Below the pieces are notes generated by a model, which made no database searches, had not been told where the DNA came from, and saw only the letters and a list, made by a program, of their open reading frames with translations. The position numbers and the translations under genes were made by a program. From Lentisphaeria bacterium (lineage in GTDB: Bacteria; Verrucomicrobiota; Lentisphaeria; Victivallales; UBA1829), in contig JAFVTF010000008.1 in the NCBI GenBank assembly GCA_017503375.1, positions 64 through 64,063 of the forward strand: a DNA stretch of 64,000 nt. The letters are read 5' to 3'. Positions 17,708 through 25,968 of the stretch are shown here, piece after piece (position 1 is the first letter of the stretch; every line of letters starts with the position of its first letter).

Positions 17708-19684
17708 TTACTCTGCAAATTCCACTGCCGCAAGACCGTAACCGCAAATCTTCGGAACAGTAAACATTACATGATCATTTTCCTGTACAAACGGAATTTC
17801 TTCTTCCGCAGGAGCCATGACAACACGCTTGACCGTTCTGCCATCCAAACGCAGTTTCAGCTTGATATTATATGCTTCCACAGCTTCTTCCACAATCAGC
17901 ATTTCTCCGCGCTTTTCCGGCAGATAATTCAGCAGATGCACCATCATTCTTCCGGGCTGTTCTGAAACGATCGCTCTGGCAAAGGACGGGAAACCGGATT
18001 CCACCTGAAGCAGAGGATCCGGCAGCAGACGCTTCAGCATTGCCCCGAACACATCACGCAATTCCACTGATGCCGCTGTATTATATCCGTCAAACAGCTT
18101 TCCGGAACAATAAGCAACCTGCCCCGTAAACGTCACAAAAGGAAATTCCGTAACCTTGTCCGGCGGCGTATAGAAGAAGGAATAAACTCCATCCCATTTA
18201 TGATCATAGTAAGGAGCAATAATATTTCCGGCAACAACTGTTCCTGTCAGAGCTTCTGTTTCCACACAATCAGAATTTACAGAAAGCGGCAGCGCGGGAA
18301 CCAGTTCTTTGTAATCGCCTGTCATAGTGAAATATGCTGGATTGAATGTTTTTTCCTTCCGGAAACGGACACCCCATTCCTTTTCAAAGCAGAAGACTTT
18401 CTTTTCCGGATCAAGTCCGGATTCTCCGGTTGCAATCAGCTTTCCGCCATTCTTCAGAAATTCCGCAACTTTTTTCTGAAGGGAATCTGTCAGAAGAATA
18501 TCATCCGGCAAAACAATAACCTTGTATTTCGACCAATCATTCAGTTCATCAATACAATCAAACTGCATTTTCAGTTCACAGAGCATGCGGACTGCGGATT
18601 TTGTGCTCCGTGTTGCCATTGTCCCGGAAAACAGAACAGCAAGATCAACAGGATTTTTTGCGCCGCGATACCAGGGGTCATACTGCTTCAATGTTCCGTA
18701 CACTTTTTTGAGCCTTTCCACAATTCCTCTGTGGTAAAGTCCGCTGGGGTGAATATGATCGCCCACGTTCGGGCGCATTCCGTTGGCAAGACCATAGAAC
18801 AAATCATATTCGATGGCAGCATCAGTTCTCAAACTGCCGAAATCGCCCCAGGCATAAAAACGCCCGGTCATATTGAACACAGGTTCCCCCTTTGAAACAG
18901 TCCGCAGATAACGGGACCGGATCGGCAATGCATCATATCCCCAGTTCGGATAGGTGGGCAGACACTCACATTCCAGATAAGAACCGTACTTCAAATTGTC
19001 TCTTGCAGAAAGCCCCAGACAATACATCAGCAATCCATCTCTGCGGGGCTGAACGATTTCAGAAATCTCCGCAGCCAGACTCTTTGCGGAAATCAATGCG
19101 TACTCCGCCACTTCATTATCATTTTCGGGATTCATCCCCAGTTTTCTCATTCCTTCCATGCAGTGACGGCAATAGCAGGGAAATGCGTTGAAGCTGTCAA
19201 GCAGGAATCCGGAAACTGGATATTTTTCTTTCACTTCTTTGATCAGACTGAGAATATATTGTCTGTAAGGGGAATTGATACACATGATTCTGGCATAGGG
19301 CGTAATCATGCTGTTTATCACTTCCGGATGGAAAAACTCTCCGTTTTTTCCGATCTGACACCATTCCGGATGAACCACGCCGTCTTCATTGCTCAAACCG
19401 CAGTTGAGATAAGCAGTAACTTTAACTCCCACTTTATTGCAGGCTGCAACAAGGTCCCCGAAATAATCATGTCCCGGCTTCATGGAAGGATGACGGATTC
19501 CGATTTTCGTATCATAATAACAGAATCCCTGATTGCATTTTGCCGGAAAACCGACGAGTTCGGCTCCGATCTCTTTCACGGATGCAGCAAACGAATCTGC
19601 ATCAAAGTTGTGTCCGACATTATAACATGCCTGCATCGTGTGGTTATCAAAAAACAAAACATATTCCGGATAACTCATAAACAT
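17708..19684 (-). CDS. Cytoplasmic TIM-barrel glycosidase-like protein (GH29/GH42-like N-terminus plus amidotransferase-like C-terminal domain; family uncertain)
   Basis: No signal peptide. The segment FDADSFAASVKEIGAELVGFPAKCNQGFCYYDTK resembles the FDA..W...AK.AGAKY...KHHDGF..W motif of fucosidase-type barrels. The second in-frame ATG at 19678 has better RBS spacing (GGGAG + 6 nt). Confidence 0.6.
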   Translation of the reverse strand: MFMSYPEYVLFFDNHTMQACYNVGHNFDADSFAASVKEIGAELVGFPAKCNQGFCYYDTKIGIRHPSMKPGHDYFGDLVAACNKVGVKVTAYLNCGLSNEDGVVHPEWCQIGKNGEFFHPEVINSMITPYARIMCINSPYRQYILSLIKEVKEKYPVSGFLLDSFNAFPCYCRHCMEGMRKLGMNPENDNEVAEYALISAKSLAAEISEIVQPRRDGLLMYCLGLSARDNLKYGSYLECECLPTYPNWGYDALPIRSRYLRTVSKGEPVFNMTGRFYAWGDFGSLRTDAAIEYDLFYGLANGMRPNVGDHIHPSGLYHRGIVERLKKVYGTLKQYDPWYRGAKNPVDLAVLFSGTMATRSTKSAVRMLCELKMQFDCIDELNDWSKYKVIVLPDDILLTDSLQKKVAEFLKNGGKLIATGESGLDPEKKVFCFEKEWGVRFRKEKTFNPAYFTMTGDYKELVPALPLSVNSDCVETEALTGTVVAGNIIAPYYDHKWDGVYSFFYTPPDKVTEFPFVTFTGQVAYCSGKLFDGYNTAASVELRDVFGAMLKRLLPDPLLQVESGFPSFARAIVSEQPGRMMVHLLNYLPEKRGEMLIVEEAVEAYNIKLKLRLDGRTVKRVVMAPAEEEIPFVQENDHVMFTVPKICGYGLAAVEFAE

Positions 19685-19715
19685 CTCCCGTTTATTTTGC
19701 CAATAAATACCAATA

Positions 19716-19733
19716 AAGCTAAACGTTTAGCTT
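19716..19733. promoter_or_regulatory. Perfect 18-bp palindrome AAGCTAAACGTTTAGCTT, a LacI-family operator candidate
   Basis: Read directly. The core AAACGTTT is the classic LacI/GalR/CcpA-type centre. It lies 6 nt downstream of the predicted -10 and 32 nt upstream of the start codon at 19684. Confidence 0.65.
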
Positions 19734-19739
19734 CTAATT

Positions 19740-19768
19740 AATTTAACACTGTTTTAAATAAATGTCAA
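19740..19768 (-). promoter_or_regulatory. Sigma70-like promoter of the locus-1 operon
   Basis: The minus strand reads TTGACA (19768-19763), a 17-nt spacer, then TAAATT (19745-19740). Confidence 0.55.
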
Positions 19769-19816
19769 ATTTTTTTGAAAAAATATATTGATTTTTTTCT
19801 TTTTTTTTCATACACA

Positions 19817-19865
19817 AATAAATATAACAGTTGTTGTGGATTAATTCCAGTCATTTTGGCTGAAA
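19817..19865. repeat. 49-bp repeat, copy 1 (identical to 49027-49075)
   Basis: aataaatataacagttgttgtggattaattccagtcattttggctgaaa is identical base for base in both copies. Both lie in divergent intergenic regions. Confidence 0.85.
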
Positions 19866-19883
19866 CATTAAAGAAATAATGTT

Positions 19884-19948
19884 AGAGGCAATTCCAAAAG
19901 TCTTCAAAACTGTCTGAAAATTCTTGCCGGACTATTGAAATTACCTCT
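19884..19948. repeat. Short copy of the AGAGG(T/C)AATT-bounded module
   Basis: AGAGGCAATTCCAAAAG ... CTATTGAAATTACCTCT is a 17-nt imperfect inverted repeat around tcttcaaaactgtctgaaaattcttgccgga. It matches 732-776 with a few mismatches. Confidence 0.55.
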
Positions 19949-20084
19949 ATATGAAAAAAAAATCATTTTTTTTCTGTTTTGCATTTGTCTAATAAAAAAA
20001 AGAGATTATGTTACAGGTATAATACAGGTTCCGTATTTTCCGGAATAATTTTCTGTTGCAACATACAGACCCCAGGAGTTTTTT

Positions 20085-20864
20085 ATGTTTTTTGATTGTA
20101 AAATTACAGCACATGAGGTGATCAGCAGAGATTACCGCAGGATCCGGTTTTATGCGCCGGAAATCTGCCGCAGTGCGAAGCCCGGACAGTTTGTCCATGT
20201 TCAAATCCCGAATCTTTCAGACAGAATTCTCCGCAGACCGTTCAGTATCTGCGATATGGAAGATGATACTTTGACCGTTGTTTACAAAATCGTCGGTTCC
20301 GGAACAGCCCGGCTTGCAGATGCAGTTCCCGGAATGATGTGCAGCATCATGGGACCTCTGGGAACGTACTTCCCGGAAGCTGGGGAAGGTATGACTCCTG
20401 TTCTGATCGATGGCGGTTACGGTGCAGCCGCAACGCTTCCCATTGCCCGCCGCTGGAAACAGAAGGGGATTCTTCTGCTGGGCGCAAGAACACAGGATGA
20501 TGTACTTTTGACAGAGGAATACAAAGCTTGCGGTTACGATGTCCGTGTTGCAACTCAGGATGGTTCTGTGGGAACAAAAGGTCTTGTGACAGATTTGATT
20601 CCCGCTGCAATTGCTGATACGAACGGAAAATGCGTTTTCTATTCCTGCGGTCCAAACGGAATGTTGATGGCTGTCGGAAAACTGGCTCTGGAACAGAATG
20701 TGGAATGTTATCTGACACTGGATCATCAGATGTGCTGCGGAGTCGGAGCCTGTTTTGCATGTGTTGTTAAAGTAAAATCTGATTCTTCCCCGGATGGCTG
20801 GAGATATTCCAGAAGCTGCTGTGAAGGACCTGTCTATCCCGCCAAGGAGGTGTGGTATGCCTGA
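20085..20864 (+). CDS. pyrK: Dihydroorotate dehydrogenase B electron-transfer subunit
   Basis: Ferredoxin-reductase-like fold with a C-terminal Cys cluster (CCGVGACFAC...C) for 2Fe-2S. AGGAG RBS. The stop overlaps the pyrD start (ATGCCTGA). Confidence 0.85.
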   Translation: MFFDCKITAHEVISRDYRRIRFYAPEICRSAKPGQFVHVQIPNLSDRILRRPFSICDMEDDTLTVVYKIVGSGTARLADAVPGMMCSIMGPLGTYFPEAGEGMTPVLIDGGYGAAATLPIARRWKQKGILLLGARTQDDVLLTEEYKACGYDVRVATQDGSVGTKGLVTDLIPAAIADTNGKCVFYSCGPNGMLMAVGKLALEQNVECYLTLDHQMCCGVGACFACVVKVKSDSSPDGWRYSRSCCEGPVYPAKEVWYA

Positions 20865-21774
20865 TCTCTCTGTAAAACTCGGTCCTCTGACCTTGAAAAA
20901 TCCCGTTATGACAGCCTCCGGAACCTTTGGTTACGGAATGGAATATGCCGGATTCTTCCCGCCGGAAGATCTCGGTGCCGTTGTGGTGAAAGGGGTTACT
21001 ACCCGGCAGGTTCACGGCAACCCGACTCCCCGTGTGGCGGAAGTTGTCAGTGGTATGCTGAATGCAATCGGATTGCAGGGGCCCGGTGTGGATCTTTTTC
21101 TGCACGATGACCATTATCTCCCCGGACTGCGGAAACGCGGTGCGACTGTGATCGTCAATATCTGGGGCAGAAGTCTGGATGAATACTGTGAAACGGCAGA
21201 AAAGCTGGATGCAGAATCCGAAGGAATTGCAGCTCTTGAGATCAACGTTTCCTGTCCGAACGTGAAAGAGGGCGGAATTTCTTTCAGTGCAGATCCTCAG
21301 AAAATGGCAAGTGTGATCTCTGCTGTCCGCAATGCCACAAAACTGCCGATCATCACCAAGCTCAGCCCCAATGGCGCGATTCCCGTATTTGCCAAAGCCG
21401 CTGAAGATGCCGGAAGTGATATTCTTTCCATGATTAATACAATCCCTGCAATGGCGATTGATATCGAAACCCGTCGTCCGAAACTTGCCAATGTAACCGG
21501 CGGTTTGAGTGGTCCCTGCGTGAAACCTGTTGGTATCAAGGCTGTTTATGATGCTGCAAAAGCGGTGAAGATTCCCATTATCGGTATGGGCGGAATTGAA
21601 ACCTGGCAGGATGCTGCAGAATATCTGATTGCCGGAGCAACAGCTGTGGCTGTTGGAACCGCAACATTCACGAATCCCATGGCTCCCATCGAAGTCGTTC
21701 AGGGCTTGGAAAAATGGCTTGAGAAGATCGGTGCAAACTCTTTCTCAGATGTCATCGGAACCGTCAAACTCTGA
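20857..21774 (+). CDS. pyrD: Dihydroorotate dehydrogenase (class 1B) catalytic subunit
   Basis: Motifs NPVMTASGTFGYG, EINVSCPN, GGLSGP, GMGGI. Start set at ATG 20857 (MPDLSVKLG). The track start at 20794 would run inside pyrK. Confidence 0.85.
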   Translation: MPDLSVKLGPLTLKNPVMTASGTFGYGMEYAGFFPPEDLGAVVVKGVTTRQVHGNPTPRVAEVVSGMLNAIGLQGPGVDLFLHDDHYLPGLRKRGATVIVNIWGRSLDEYCETAEKLDAESEGIAALEINVSCPNVKEGGISFSADPQKMASVISAVRNATKLPIITKLSPNGAIPVFAKAAEDAGSDILSMINTIPAMAIDIETRRPKLANVTGGLSGPCVKPVGIKAVYDAAKAVKIPIIGMGGIETWQDAAEYLIAGATAVAVGTATFTNPMAPIEVVQGLEKWLEKIGANSFSDVIGTVKL

Positions 21775-21783
21775 GGCATCTTT

Positions 21784-22713
21784 ATGGACCGGGATTTATT
21801 TCCATCGGATGAATTGATTCTCCGTGCAAAAACGGGTGATCTTGAAGCGGCTGCAGAGTTGGATCAGGCAGGTTTTCTGGTCCAGCCCGGAGAATCGGCA
21901 GAAGAGTATGCTGTCCGGATCGCTGAAACGAAAAGGCATGGATTGGATTTCTATAACCGTTTTGACCGCAAAGGTTCTCTGGAAATATTTCCCGGATTGA
22001 AAGTTAATCTGAAAGATCAGATTTCCCGTGAAATCATCGAAGAAGCCATGGAACGGACCCGTGAAGCATACGGTTTTTCGGTCCGCTGGGTTCCCGGCTT
22101 TTTTCCGGAACGGGAATTCGGACCGTTCTGGGGCGGTTGCGCTGTCTGGGAAGAGGAAAATCCCACGCCTGTGATCGTGATCCGGAAAAACTTTGCAAAA
22201 AAACAGAAATGGTTTATCTATGACCGTACAGAACTGATCTCCCATGAACTTTGTCATGCGGCGCGAATGCCGCTCATGGATCAGGAACTGGAAGAACACT
22301 TTGCCTACGGAATTTCAAAAAAATGGCTGCGCCGCACTATCGGAAATTGTTTCCAGAGGGATACGGATGCGATTCTTTTTGTGATTCCTGCAATCATTCT
22401 TGCTCTGGTTCAATCAGCAATTACATTTCTGCAATTGGAACGGCTTCCCATCTGGCCTTTCTGGATATTGGCTCTTGTCTGGCCTGTCTACCTGATCGCA
22501 AGGAACTGTGTCCAAACAGGGAAATACAAGAAGGCTTATAAAAACCTGCAGATGGCAGGATTTTCCAATCCCCGGAGAATTCTCTTCCGCAGTATTTATG
22601 AAGAAACCTCTCTTTTCGCAAAAACCCGTCCGGATCATTTGAAAACATTATTGAATGAAAAGGCAGAAAAAGAGTTCCGCTGGCGGGTGATCCTTCATTC
22701 TGCAAACCAATAA
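21784..22713 (+). CDS. Hypothetical HExxH-motif membrane protein
   Basis: 309-aa ORF starting 9 nt after pyrD. HELCH motif, then two hydrophobic helices (AILFVIPAIILALVQSAITFL and IWPFWILALVWPVYLIA). Confidence 0.55.
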   Translation: MDRDLFPSDELILRAKTGDLEAAAELDQAGFLVQPGESAEEYAVRIAETKRHGLDFYNRFDRKGSLEIFPGLKVNLKDQISREIIEEAMERTREAYGFSVRWVPGFFPEREFGPFWGGCAVWEEENPTPVIVIRKNFAKKQKWFIYDRTELISHELCHAARMPLMDQELEEHFAYGISKKWLRRTIGNCFQRDTDAILFVIPAIILALVQSAITFLQLERLPIWPFWILALVWPVYLIARNCVQTGKYKKAYKNLQMAGFSNPRRILFRSIYEETSLFAKTRPDHLKTLLNEKAEKEFRWRVILHSANQ

Positions 22714-22728
22714 GCCGGACGGTGAAAA

Positions 22729-23787
22729 ATGAGTTCCGTATTGGATGAAATTTCAGAATTTTTGAAAGGCAGATATCAAATCAGTGAATATCCGGCTTTG
22801 CATTATCAGTTTGAAAAATGGCACGCCGGAAAACCGTTTTCCGGAAAGAAACTGCTGGATGGAACTCCGGTTTTTGCTAATACTCTCCTGAAATATGCAG
22901 CTTTGATTGCAGGCGGAGCTGATCTGACAATCGGTTACAGCGAAAATATCCCTTATGATCCGGAGATTATCCGTTTTCTGGAATCAATCGGGGTGAAATG
23001 TCTGAGTGAACTTCCCGTTCCGGGAACCTTTGATGTGATTATGGATTGCAACGGAGTTTACCGGGATTGCAAACCAAAATATGGGTTTGTGGAACTGACC
23101 CGTTCCGGAGCTTACCGTTTTGCAGGGACAAAAGAACCCGTGATCATGGTGGATGACAGCCGGATCAAAGCAATTGAAACCTGTTTGGGAACCGGAGAAG
23201 GTTTTCTGCGGGGAATGAATCATTTGGGGTATGCTGATGTCAGCGGAAAAAAGATTGTTGTCTTCGGCTGCGGGAAAGTCGGGCGCGGTGTGGTGTTTTA
23301 TGCAGGCCGTGCCGGAGCGGATGTGTTTGCGGTGGATGATCCGGCAATGGTTGAAAACCATATCGGGGGCGAACTTGTCAGCCGTTTTGAACGGGAAAAG
23401 GTGCTTGAACTTCTGAAAAATGCCTGGTGTGTCGTCTCCTGTACCGGAAAGGCATTGGCACTGGCGGATGAGGAATATCTTCAAGTTCTGCGTAATGGCG
23501 ACCAGATTATGGTCAATATGGGTGTGGAAGATGAATGGGGTTCCGGAATTCCTGCGGACCGTGTACTGAACCGGAAACAGCCCTTGAACTTTATTTTACC
23601 GGAGCCGACTTTGCTGCGGTATATTGATCCGACAATGGCATTGCACAGCCATGCAGCATTGGAATTGATTCAAAGTGATTATCTGCCTGGCATCCGGAAA
23701 GCCTCTTTATCAGTTGAACAGGAATATTGGCAGATCGTGGAAAAGCACGGAATGATTTCCGGTGAACTTTCCGCTGCCGGACTGTAA
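22729..23787 (+). CDS. Adenosylhomocysteinase-like NAD-binding domain protein (short form)
   Basis: GKKIVVFGCGKVGRGVVFYAGRAGADVFAVDDP parallels the SAHH NAD-domain motif GK..VV.GYG.VGKG.A......GA.V...E.DP. At 352 aa it is shorter than canonical SAHH. Confidence 0.5.
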   Translation: MSSVLDEISEFLKGRYQISEYPALHYQFEKWHAGKPFSGKKLLDGTPVFANTLLKYAALIAGGADLTIGYSENIPYDPEIIRFLESIGVKCLSELPVPGTFDVIMDCNGVYRDCKPKYGFVELTRSGAYRFAGTKEPVIMVDDSRIKAIETCLGTGEGFLRGMNHLGYADVSGKKIVVFGCGKVGRGVVFYAGRAGADVFAVDDPAMVENHIGGELVSRFEREKVLELLKNAWCVVSCTGKALALADEEYLQVLRNGDQIMVNMGVEDEWGSGIPADRVLNRKQPLNFILPEPTLLRYIDPTMALHSHAALELIQSDYLPGIRKASLSVEQEYWQIVEKHGMISGELSAAGL

Positions 23788-23824
23788 TTTTAAGACATTT
23801 TTCAAAAATAAATCATTTTCTCTC

Positions 23825-23860
23825 TTGACATTATTGTGTACTGCAAACTATATTGTACGC
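23825..23860 (+). promoter_or_regulatory. Promoter of the regulator gene with candidate operator box
   Basis: TTGACA (23825-23830), N18, then TATATT (23849-23854). ATTGTGTAC at 23833-23841 and ATTGTACGC at 23852-23860. The 22-mer cttgacattattgtgtactgca matches 25902-25923 at 20 of 22 positions. Confidence 0.55.
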
Positions 23861-23882
23861 AAACAGAAAGAGGATGCGGAAA

Positions 23883-24995
23883 ATGCCTTTACCGTCAAAA
23901 CAGGAAATGATTTATTCCTATCTTCTCGATATGTTTGAGAAAGATACATTAAAAAATGGACGGCTGCCATCGGAAAATGAACTGGCGGCACGGATCGGTG
24001 TCGCCCGGAGAACTTTGCGGTACACATTGGCGCGTTTGGAAAATGAAGGGTTTCTGATCCGGACGAATCACGGAACCTTTCTCCGGAAAAAACACCGTCG
24101 GACAGAAGCACTTCCCGTTACCGTACTGGTTCCATGTTCAGATTATCATACAGCCAGCGGTTACTGGTCCTCGTTTCTGACTCATCAGACGATACTTGGC
24201 GCAATGGAAGCATCTGTCAAAGCGGGGACGTATGCAGTAACACTTCCCGTTACCACAGATAACGATCCGACAGTATTGGATATCCGGCAGATCAACCATC
24301 TTGATCAGGAAAGCATGGTCATTTTTCATGGAATCGAATGGGCTCCCGGATTGATTCCGATTCTGATCGAACGCAAATGCCGCTGCGGTATCATCAGTTA
24401 CTATAAAGTTGACCTGGAAAAGTTTGCAAAATATGATATCCCTATTTTCAATATTTATTTGGAGGAATACTGGGAATGTCTGGGGAGCGCAGTGGAACAG
24501 CTTGTTCAAGATGGCGCGGAAAAAGTTGTTTATTTCGGAAGAAATTCCACGGATATTTCCAAAAATGGGAAGATCTATTTTGAAGAGGCCTGTAAAAAAC
24601 TGCAATTGGAATGTGATATGAAGGAACAATATGTTCTTTTTGACAAAAATCTTCCGCATCATCAACTGCTTGCGCAGCTGCGGGATATCTATAACCGCAC
24701 TCATTTTGACGGATTGATTTTTGACAGCAATCTTTATTATGAACTGCCCGGAGATCTGGATTTCTTCGGAGAGACCGGTATTCCCGGACGGACAAAGATG
24801 ATTCTGGGGGTAAGTGAATTACTGAAGCATCCTGACCTTCCGGAGCATACGCGGGTTCTGCACCGTCCGCAGAAAAAAATCGCAGGACAACTGGCTGAGT
24901 TTTTGCTTTCCGGAAAGAAAGGTCAGTTTTCATGTCATTGTGAATATGAATTTCCCTTGCTGGAAGAATTTTTCCGGCGGACAGAACGGGAATAA
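23883..24995 (+). CDS. AraR-type regulator (GntR winged-HTH fused to a LacI/PBP1-like sugar-binding domain)
   Basis: HTH region LPSENELAARIGVARRTLRYTLARLENEGFL, followed by ~300 aa with alternating beta/alpha PBP-like pattern. The track start at 23853 is TTG. ATG at 23883 has a GAAAGAGGA RBS at about 8 nt; ATG at 23874 is also possible. Confidence 0.75.
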   Translation: MPLPSKQEMIYSYLLDMFEKDTLKNGRLPSENELAARIGVARRTLRYTLARLENEGFLIRTNHGTFLRKKHRRTEALPVTVLVPCSDYHTASGYWSSFLTHQTILGAMEASVKAGTYAVTLPVTTDNDPTVLDIRQINHLDQESMVIFHGIEWAPGLIPILIERKCRCGIISYYKVDLEKFAKYDIPIFNIYLEEYWECLGSAVEQLVQDGAEKVVYFGRNSTDISKNGKIYFEEACKKLQLECDMKEQYVLFDKNLPHHQLLAQLRDIYNRTHFDGLIFDSNLYYELPGDLDFFGETGIPGRTKMILGVSELLKHPDLPEHTRVLHRPQKKIAGQLAEFLLSGKKGQFSCHCEYEFPLLEEFFRRTERE

Positions 24996-25019
24996 GATAT
25001 ACAGTTAAGGAGATGTGAT

Positions 25020-25883
25020 ATGGGATTTTTGAAAGATCGTATTTGGACCTGGGGCTATGTGCTTGACAAAGTTCCCTCCGCTGCGCCTTTTACTTTTGAA
25101 AAGACAAGATGCAGTCTGGAAACGCAAACTGCCTATCTCGGCGCAGAACGGACTTTTTACATGAACAGTATGTTCAGCCGGGAGCATATCGAAAAGAATT
25201 TCAAGGAGTGGGACCCGGAAATCATCGAAAATTGTACCGATAACCGTCTTTCCGATATGCACATGGACCGTTTGAAAAATATGAAGGAAATTTACTGCAC
25301 GCTGGAGCATGACAATTATCTGGAAAGTGCCATCCGCATTGCAACGCTTTCTCTCAAATACAAAAATATTGTTGGTGTTCATTTTGATGATTTTTGTGCT
25401 TCACGCGGCGCAAAAAAAGCACTTCCGGAAATTCATGACAGAATCAAAGAGATCAATCCGGCTTTGAAAATTGCGATAGTTACCTATTCTTTCTGGGATC
25501 AGGCGGAATATAAAGATACGGCTGAATATGTGGATCAGTATTCCCGCTGGTGCTGGGTTCCCTCGGAAGATTATTGGCGTCAGCACAAAGATGATATTGC
25601 CCGTTTGCGTGAGATTACCGGACCGGACAAGAAAATCGTACAGGGGATTTATCTTCATGATTTCGGCTCATCCGGATTGCCTGTCACGCAGTGTCTGAGC
25701 AAAGTTCCGATGGAAATTTTCCGGTACAGTGTGGAAACGATTTGTGAAAATACCTGGAACGGAACGCTGGACGGAATCATTCTGCCTCAAGCGGCATACT
25801 TCAGCTGTCTGAGCCATAAACCGCTGGTCAGTTTTCTGAAAGAATATGTTGACTGGTTTGACGGAACCACAACAGTTCTCTGA
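25020..25883 (+). CDS. Hypothetical cytoplasmic protein
   Basis: 287-aa ORF with an AAGGAG RBS, 24 nt after the regulator gene. No signal peptide and no recognised motif. Confidence 0.55.
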   Translation: MGFLKDRIWTWGYVLDKVPSAAPFTFEKTRCSLETQTAYLGAERTFYMNSMFSREHIEKNFKEWDPEIIENCTDNRLSDMHMDRLKNMKEIYCTLEHDNYLESAIRIATLSLKYKNIVGVHFDDFCASRGAKKALPEIHDRIKEINPALKIAIVTYSFWDQAEYKDTAEYVDQYSRWCWVPSEDYWRQHKDDIARLREITGPDKKIVQGIYLHDFGSSGLPVTQCLSKVPMEIFRYSVETICENTWNGTLDGIILPQAAYFSCLSHKPLVSFLKEYVDWFDGTTTVL

Positions 25884-25902
25884 AAAAAATGAAAATGAGG
25901 GC

Positions 25903-25932
25903 TTGACACTATTGTGTACAGCAGAGTAAAAT
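25903..25932 (+). promoter_or_regulatory. Promoter of the 15-kb enzyme operon with the same operator box
   Basis: TTGACA (25903-25908), N18, then TAAAAT (25927-25932). ATTGTGTACA at 25911-25920. Confidence 0.55.
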
Positions 25933-25968
25933 TTATTCAGAAAATGATAATATAAGATACTGAAAGGA

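Noticed and set aside
19741-19870. Possible replication origin: very AT-rich tract, divergent gene orientation, and a DnaA-box-like TGTGGATTA inside the 49-bp repeat
   Set aside because: There is only one box, with one mismatch to TGTGGATAA, and no cluster of boxes. No dnaA or dnaN is nearby. The same sequence recurs at 49027-49075, which is equally divergent. Insufficient for an oriC call.
20024-20084. PyrR-type attenuator upstream of pyrK (TTCCG...CGGAA stem; CCCCAGGAG loosely like the PyrR box)
   Set aside because: The match to the PyrR binding consensus is poor. The stem is only 5 bp, and no terminator/antiterminator alternative could be drawn.
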